In this document: positions 42,201-51,200 of the stretch, one piece after another | Layout: every line of letters begins with the position of its first letter | Numbering within the stretch: position 1 is the stretch's first letter | Assembly (NCBI GenBank): GCA_034780895.1 | Contig: JAUZTB010000072.1 | Span: forward strand, 13,789,150-13,853,149 | Origin: Rhynchobatus australiae | Taxonomy: Eukaryota | Length of the DNA: 64,000 bases | Direction: 5' to 3' | Program-made: the position numbers and the translations under genes | Notes under the pieces: model-generated | Databases searched by the model: none | Told to the model about the DNA's origin: nothing | The model's input: only the letters and a program-made list of their open reading frames with translations

Positions 42201-45200
42201 TAGATAAACAGAAATAAAATGCAATGATTATTTGACAACTCCACCTTCATTTTTCCACAAATCAGACGTACCTGGTTTTCTTTAATCTGGTGGTTTCTGC
42301 TGAACTCAGAAGAGCATCTTATTTAATCTTACGAATTTATCACCAGCTAAGCCACTACAGATTCTAATCAAGCATATCTGACAATAAATTCCTACAATGC
42401 AATATTAACATTCATATTAATGTGTGCAAAATTCTGCCAGGCACCAACATTTTTATGAATCATCCAATTCTTCAGCCAAGTTTAGACAAGAGGTAGTGAC
42501 TCATTGCCTCTTGCAAAATGACAATCATGTGATGCTTACATAATGAGAAGTACCCATTCAATAAATTCAGTGACCCCTCCCAATCAACACACAGGTTTCT
42601 CCATCAATTTTATAACACAGGTAAATCCAAATCAAAGAGCAGCAGTGTGTCAATACAATCTTCCTTATGAACTACTTTACATAATTCACCTTTTTACAAA
42701 CCTCCATTTGAAACTGCAATGAATTAGAGTGTCAAAGGCTGGAACAGCAAGGATCAGAATGCACACAACTCAGCCAAGGAATGGCAGATGTCTTTCCTAG
42801 AGAATTCCAGATGATGACTTGCAATGTCATGTGTGCTATTTGACTGACTAAACAACATGCAGAGGCCAGCTGGACTCACACCATACCCATTTTCAAAATT
42901 GAGTTTATTTTATTAGAGCAATTATTCCAAGGAGCAGTTCTGCTCTTTGTGCAGTTACTAAGGTTTTGCATATGTATTGGATGTTTCAAGCCTGCAGAGA
43001 TTACACTAGTACTTAAGATAATTACTAACCAGTTTGGATGATTTCCAGAAGAGTTCTCAGCACAATACTACAGGGCTCCCCCAAGCTCTCAAGGAGCAGA
43101 GCAATGCATGATTGTCACTTTCAGTCACTTGAAACCCAGCCCAAGAACCTCTAATAGTAAAGTGCAGTTTCAATGAGAGCTGGAATTGGGTTTTGTTTGC
43201 CAAATCTATACACAGGTTATAATTAAACTCTGAGCCAAATTCTTTTGGTAGAGTAACTGTTAAATTTTTAACCTTACATGATTAAGGCCTCCCATTCAAA
43301 AAAATTCTCCTCGCTGATCGGACCTGTGAACAGGAAAAAAAGGAGAAAATTGAGAGGTGCTCCAATTGAAGTATACAAGATCCCTAAAAGATTTCTTAAG
43401 TGTACCTACGCAGCTTAGCTATTCCATATGGTAGTCACCACTGATCAGAAGCTTAATTGGAGCAGCTACGTAAGTAACACAACTAAAGGAGCAGGTCAAT
43501 GGCTTGGTATCCTGCAGCAAGAGGCACATCTCTTGACACTACAAAGCCTTTCCACCATTCACACATCAGGAGTGTGATGGAATGCTCTCCACTTGTCACA
43601 TAGTGGCTACAGTGTGTTCCATCCACAAAATGACCTGCAGTTACTTGCCCAGGCTACTCAACAGCACCTCCCAAACTGATGACCTCTACCAGCAAAGAGG
43701 AGAACAACAACGGGAGCCTGGGAACAGCAGTACTTGCAGGTTCCACTCCGAGGAACATACCATGCTGACGAGGAAGTATAATTGCTGATCTAAACCCTGA
43801 AACTCCCTACCTAACAGCACTGTGGGAATATTTCATGGTGNNNNNNNNNNNNNNNNNNNNNNNNNNNNNNNNNNNNNNNNNNNNNNNNNNNNNNNNNNNN
43901 NNNNNNNNNNNNNNNNNNNNNNNNNNNNNNNNNNNNNNNNNNNNNNNNNNNNNNNNNNNNNNNNNNNNNNNNNNNNNNNNNNNNNNNNNNNNNNNNNNNN
44001 NNNNNNNNNNNNNNNNNNNNNNNNNNNNNNNNNNNNNNNNNNNNNNNNNNNNNNNNNNNNNNNNNNNNNNNNNNNNNNNNNNNNNNNNNNNNNNNNNNNN
44101 NNNNNNNNNNNNNNNNNNNNNNNNNNNNNNNNNNNNNNNNNNNNNNNNNACTAAAGTCTCAAATGAAGTAACATTCAAAAACACTCATGGTTTAGGGACA
44201 TACTGACTGCATCAAAAAAAGGCCATGTGATAGTGCTCCTGGATACAAATTAGCCATACTGAAATACAACAAGTGACAATGCCAAGAGCAATCATCAATT
44301 ATGATTAAGCACATGCTTCAAAGATCAACAAAGTGATGGCAGAATGGGACCTATAGGACATGGGCATTGGTGGCAAATCACCAATTAGTAGTCATTCATA
44401 ATTGCCCAAAGGTTTGGGAGGGTGTGCCTCCTGAACTATTGCAATGCATTTTGGGAAGTTACTCTCACACTCAGTTAGGTACGAAGTTCCAGGGTTTTGA
44501 CCCAGTAACAGTAGAGGAGTGCAAGATATTTCTAAGTCAAGTCTGTGTGTGCCCTGGAGACAGTGGTTTTCCCTCATGCAGTTACTGCCCAAGTCCTTCT
44601 AGGTGGTAGAGGTACTGCAGAAGCCTTGGCGTGTATTTTATAGATGGAATGTATTACAACCATGGTGCATGCCTGTGGTAGAGGAAAGAAAATGCTCAGG
44701 TAGGGAAGGGTGGGAAAGAAGGGGGTGTCAGGGTACCAGTCACGTGAGCCATTTTGTCCTGGATCATATTAAGCTTCGAGTGTACTTGAGAAGAACTTTT
44801 TCAGACAACTGGTCTGTATTCAATCATGCTCCTGACCTGTGCCTTGTGAAAATCAGATGTTGGATGAGATTGTAGTAAAATACCCAATCTCTAATATGCT
44901 CACACAGCCACAGCAACTATGTTGCATGCAAGTTTCTGGTCAATAGTAATTCCCAGGATACTAATGATGGGGGGAATTCAACAATGGTAATGCCAAAAGG
45001 GTGCCACTGTATGGTATTCATGTGGAACAAAGGTTACCCACATCTGAATGTTTACCAGATCCTGGTGTTTCCTAAATGCATGTGACTTAACATAGCCTTC
45101 TTATTCACTGGCAGCACAAAGCAACGAGCCTCTCATTGACATCACAAGGCCAGAAGCCTGACATTGGTTTCTCCTGTGCAGCACTTTGTCCACAGATGCT

Positions 45201-48200
45201 GGCAAAGGCCACATTTGCATGACTGCCAGGTTGCACATGGTAAAGCAAGCCACCAAGAATTGTGGAATGTGCTGGAGTGTGTCTCCACTGACGGGTGCTT
45301 GATGAAGTATCTGCATGCCCCTCATTATAAAATCATTCTATGGTTCACAAAACCCAGCATACAGATATTCCTGGCGCCCAAGAAGCCTGTAGTCAGTTTG
45401 ACATAGTGGCAGGTAAATAGAGGGCAAAGCTAAGTGGCACTTGTGCTGTTAATTGCCAAATTTTCAATGCCATTGGCTCAACTGAGAATCAAAATATCAT
45501 CGTGTAGTCCCATGTCATCAGCTGTCTACACTGCATACTTTTGACATGCGCTATCCAATTTGCCAAGGTGCCAGAGTGCACTAAAATAGTATGCTAGCAG
45601 TATGCAGATTCAATTGAAGGCAAGCCCACAAACTTTACCAAAAAATTCCCAATATCATGGGAAATTTTTAGTAAAGGTTGTGCGTTTGCTTTCAATTGAA
45701 TTTGCATACTGCTAGCACACCATTTTAGTGAACTCTGGCACCTTGGCAAATTGGATAGCACACATCAAATGTTTTGCATGCCTGATATCTTTCTCATCTA
45801 ATACAGAACAGATGAGAATGTAGATTTGGAGCAACCAGTTATGAAAAATGTAACTTCTTGTGTGTGGTCCCTGCTGACAATTCATAAGCAAGAAAATACT
45901 TTTCTCCTGCATACAATTGGTGGAAACTTCCCAAAGAATATTCAATCAGGCAACAAGAGACAGAAAATCAGTTGGTACTTTCAGAAGACCAAAAGCACTT
46001 TAAACAGCTGGTCCTGTCTCAGGTACCAAAATACAAACCACATTTTATTACTTTAAAAAAAAGGCAAAATACAGCCAATGCTGGAAATGTACCAGATAAA
46101 TTCGTTGATGACACCACTGTTGTTGGTAGAATCTCAAATGGTGATGAGGAGACTTACAGGAGTGAGAAAGATTGGCTGGTTGAGTGGCATTGCAACAGCA
46201 ACCTTTCACTCAAGGTCAGCAAGACCAAGGAACTGATCGTGAACTTCAGGAAGGGGAAGTTGGGAGAACACACACCAGTCCTCATTGAGTGGTTAATGGT
46301 GGAAAGGGTGAGCAGCTTCAAGTTCCGGGTGTCAACATCTCAGAGGATCTATCCTGGGCCCAACACTCTACTTCATTCTGAGTTTGAGGAGATTTGGTAT
46401 GTCACCAAAAACTCTTGCAAATTTCTATAGATGTATGATGGAGAGCATTCTGACTGGTTGCATCACAGCTTGGTATGGAGCCTCCAATGCTCAGGATCAC
46501 AAGAGGCTGCAGAGAGTTACAGACTCAGCCAGTTGCATCATAGGCACAACCCTCCCCACCATCGAGGGCATCTTCAAGATACTCCATCATTAAGGGCCCT
46601 CACCATCCAGGACATGCCCTCCTCTCATTACTACCACCAGGGAGGAGGTACAGGAGTCTGAAGATCCAAACTCAATGATTCAGGGCCAGCTTCTTCCCTC
46701 TGCCATCAGATTTCTGAACGATCCATGAACACCACCTCACTATTCCTTTTTTTTTTGCACTATTTATTTTTGTCATTTATNNNNNNNNNNNNNNNNNNNN
46801 NNNNNNNNNNNNNNNNNNNNNNNNNNNNNNNNNNNNNNNNNNNNNNNNNNNNNNNNNNNNNNNNNNNNNNNNNNNNNNNNACACCACCTCACTATTCCTT
46901 TTTTTTTGCACTATTTATTTTTGTCATTTATAGATTTGTCTTTGCACTGTATTGCTGCCTCAAAACAACAAATTTCACCTCATATGTCAGTGATAATAAA
47001 TCTGATTCTGCTCTAGTTAGGAGATCAGGCAGCATCTCTGGAAAAGGAACCCTGGTCCACTTTATCACCAATGCCCCCTCTCTCTTCACACACTAACTCC
47101 CTTATAAGTGCAGGATATGCAATATGCTTTCACTCAAATGGACCTTCCACGTGCAACTGTGATTTATTCTTACTTCTTCAAACGTAGTATTTGCTGCTCA
47201 CAATGTAGTCTCACTGATGGGGTGCTGGCTTTGCCCATTCAGCTTGCAAGTATGACAGGGAACTTCCACTTGCTTGTTGTCTCCATTCCCAGCCATTACC
47301 CATATTCTAACCTCATTTTACATTGTTTTAAGGGAAGCTCAAGAAACAACTTGTCTTTCAATGAAGTACTATGCAACCTTCCAAACACAACAGTATGTTC
47401 AACAATTTCCCATCATAATTACTGTTTCAATTTTTTGGACAATGAGTGCTGATAATGATTCCAATTTTATCATTTACAGCTCCCCTAGAATCACCTTCTA
47501 TTCCTGTCCTTTTACCAGCCCTTTACCTTGCACCATCATCCCATGCATTATTTAATCATTCTTATCTTAGCACAGATATTACCTCTTGCCCCATCCTGAC
47601 CCCTTTGTCTCTATTTGCCTAAAATCTGTTACACTGTTACATATCCACCCTTTGTTCCAGTTCTGATGAATAGATATTGGTATGAAACTTTAACCGTCTC
47701 TCTTTCCCTACCAAAGTATTTTCAGTGTTTTGTTTTTAAGTCACTTTTTCCCATTAACTTAACATGACTGGGGCCTGAACTAGAATTTCTAGCACCATCT
47801 ATAATTTTTGAAACACTTTACTGGGTCCAGATAATATTTCATAAGCATCAGGCAACACCCACTGCTAAGTGCCCCATGTGGGCCACCACACATTTCTGAA
47901 ATTCCACATTTAGTCAATGCAGGACCCAAGTGGAACACCAACATCAATCAAAAGCCTTCTACTGTATATGTCATAGGCAAGCAATCCAAAACATTTCCAA
48001 TGTCACTTGTATGTTTGGATCCCTATACAAACACATACCACAACCACCAATATTCTGTCTACAATTCCATATAGACTACAAGTCCACTTACAATGAATTA
48101 AAATAAAAATACAAAAATGCTGAAAATTTGAAATAAAAAGAAAATAAAATCCTGGAAAACACAAAACAGATCGATCAATATTTAAACCTGGAAACTTATT

Positions 48201-51200
48201 GTAGTTTCTCAGACTGGCTGCACACTTCCAACATTTTCCATTTCATTATTGACAAGTTCCAATTATAGTCAAGATCTATCTTAGTGTTTCAATGTTACCA
48301 GGAATGGTTTATAAAGACCAAATCATTGCACACCTCTAGATATTTCACTCCACAGAGATGCTGAGTTGGATTTTGAAGGTATCTGAATCCCTGGACCAAG
48401 TGCAGGGAAAATTGTGCAGACAGCATACCCACGCAATATTCCCATCAGTTTCTAAACAAATTCCTGACAGGGCTATAGGCAAAAACAAGCAGAATCACTA
48501 GTTTTAGAGCAAGGCAGGGGGAAAGTGAAGCAGATTATCTTCTCCACTAGCTTCCCAGGTCTCAAAACTGGGAATCTGCCCAGTGCTGAGTTAAACCTGG
48601 TATGAATAGAGCAATCTCCATTCAAATGGATGGAAGACATTGGCTACTGGGTGAAAGATAAATTATTTTTAAAATTAAGTTAATTTCAATGTTTTAAATT
48701 GAATTTTAGTGTGAGATTGTGTTTTTTTTTAAAAAACAAAAAGAGTTTTCATAATCTAAAAGAAAATTTTCTTTACTGCACCACTTCAAAAAAAAATGTC
48801 CCAAGAACAAGTGAACGTCAATGTTAAAGATATTCACATGCATCCAACATACCTGATTACACTGACTAGGTTGGAAATGGGGCTGGGGGAAATGGGGATA
48901 GTACAGAGGCCTACTTGCTGTCAAAGTGGCTCTGTGAATCCAGTAGGACTGTTGAGTCAGCTCTTTGCTCATCTCAGCCATCAACAGAGCCTGAGGCCAC
49001 GTTGGAAAACAAAATGTATGTGGACAAGATGGCCAGCAGTTTCTGGACAAGAAAAGATTTGCTCTATTACAGAATACAGTTGTAAATATTTTGTCATTTT
49101 TGATATGCTATTTTAAATTGAATTTTAGTGTGAGGCTGTGTTTTTTTTAAAAACAAAAAGAGTTTTCATGATCTAAAAGAAAATTTTCTTTACTGCAACA
49201 TTTGCCCAATTACAGAATACAGCTGTAAATATTTTGTAATTTTTGATATGCTATTTAAAATATAAATGCAATGCAAGAGAGGCAATATAGATTCACTAGA
49301 ACATTACAAAGGACAAGGGACTGCACTGAAAACAAAACAGACAAAAAAAAACAGCTATCAATCAGGAGGTGCAGGAACTAGAAGACCCACAACTCAAGGT
49401 TTGGCAACAGCTTCTTATCACTGCCATTAGGTGCTTGAATTGATCTGAAAAGTACCAATTCCACCTTGAACCATTTCCCATAAACTGCACTGTTTTGTTT
49501 ATTTCATTGAGCAAGTTACGTATAATGAATGTGAATTTAAGTTTATGCAATTTATGTTTGTAATGCTTGCAATGTACTGTGCTGCTGCTGCAAAAAGCTA
49601 ATTTTCATGGCATTTATACCCTGGATGTGTATGCCCATGGCAATAAACTTGNNNNNNNNNNNNNNNNNNNNNNNNNNNNNNNNNNNNNNNNNNNNNNNNN
49701 NNNNNNNNNNNNNNNNNNNNNNNNNNNNNNNNNNNNNNNNNNNNNNNNNNNNNNNNNNNNNNNNNNNNNNNNNNNNNNNNNNNNNNNNNNNNNNNNNNNN
49801 NNNNNNNNNNNNNNNNNNNNNNNNNNNNNNNNNNNNNNNNNNNNNNNNNNNNNNNNNNNNNNNNNNNNNNNNNNNNNNNNNNNNNNNNNNNNNNNNNNNN
49901 NNNNNNNNNNNNNNNNNNNNNNNNNNNNNNNNNNNNNNNNNNNNNNNNNNTTTTATACTGGCTACCTCCACTCTATCTTTCAGTCCAAGTGAAGGGTCTC
50001 GACCCGAAACGTCGACTGTCTGTTTCCCTCCAGAGAAGCTGCCTAACCCATTAAGTTCCTCCAGCACTTTGTGCATTACAATACAGGGGAAATCATCTAT
50101 TCTTTAAAGAGGAATTTAACATTTGATTGAAGAGGAATTTGAAAGTTTTAGAGAATGGGGTTAGATCAAATAGCTTGAGTGGAAATAAACACTGATATAG
50201 AATTAGGCGAGTCAACTTGCATGTTTCTATGCTGAAACATTTTATAATTTTCCCTTCGTATTTACCAGTTATGGATCTTTCAAGCCATATAGCCTTGATA
50301 TTCCATACGCTGACTGGCTAACTGCAAGTGGCTGATGTGCAACGGTGACCGTACATTTTAAAAATTTAGACACAGGTCTCTCCTGCTCTTTAGAAATGGA
50401 GTGGAAGCAAGTCATCCTCAATCCTGACAGATTGCCCAAGTAGAGCCATCATTTTAAATCACATCAAATGGAATGGTTAAAATATTGTAAAAACCTACAA
50501 AATTAATGACTCCACCTTAGCAGGAACAGATTCCCTCCATACAGAAAAGATTGCTATTTGTTAAATTCTGAGTTGATTGTGCTTTAATTACAGCATTTTT
50601 GGAGGTCATTCACCATTCACTCATCAACAGCTGACAATTCAAACTATTAATTCAAAGCAGTATCTCTCGTTCTTCTTGAGAACAAGAATAGTTTCTGTTT
50701 CAATATTGAAGGAAATCAAACTAATTCATGACTGAATTTACTTAGGGAATACAAACAATGTTCCAGATTCCCTTTGTTCCATCTGCTGTCAATTGCAACT
50801 TGTTCCAATCTAGGTGCTGGTTCATTTTGCAATTTCTCAAGAGTCGTTCTCCATTGTTGTTATTGGAAATAAAAGTTAACCATCTCTCAAAATCTGGACC
50901 CTGCTAACTAGATCAGTAAACTTACTTTGATCTTGTCGGCTGGATTGACAGTAAAGTTTCATTTGCACTCTCTTACTGACTAAGAAGCAAACCTAGATCC
51001 CTATTAGCTTCTGAACTCAAATGACAAGTTGATAAAGGCTGGGCTTTGGACAACAATGATGTTTTGATAAAAATTACAGATCAAATATAAAATCTCCACT
51101 GGAAATAAAGAACAAATGGGTATTGTGGATATAAAGGGCATCTTTCATCCTTTGAGTCAGCCGATATTTTTCCAGATTTCCATGTGAACAGCAGTCTTGG

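Noticed and set aside
40990-42640. Short matches resembling other UBE2G2 exons (gatttacctgtg near 42620; KIL-like near 41005)
   Set aside because: Too short, lacking splice sites and a sustained reading frame; likely chance.
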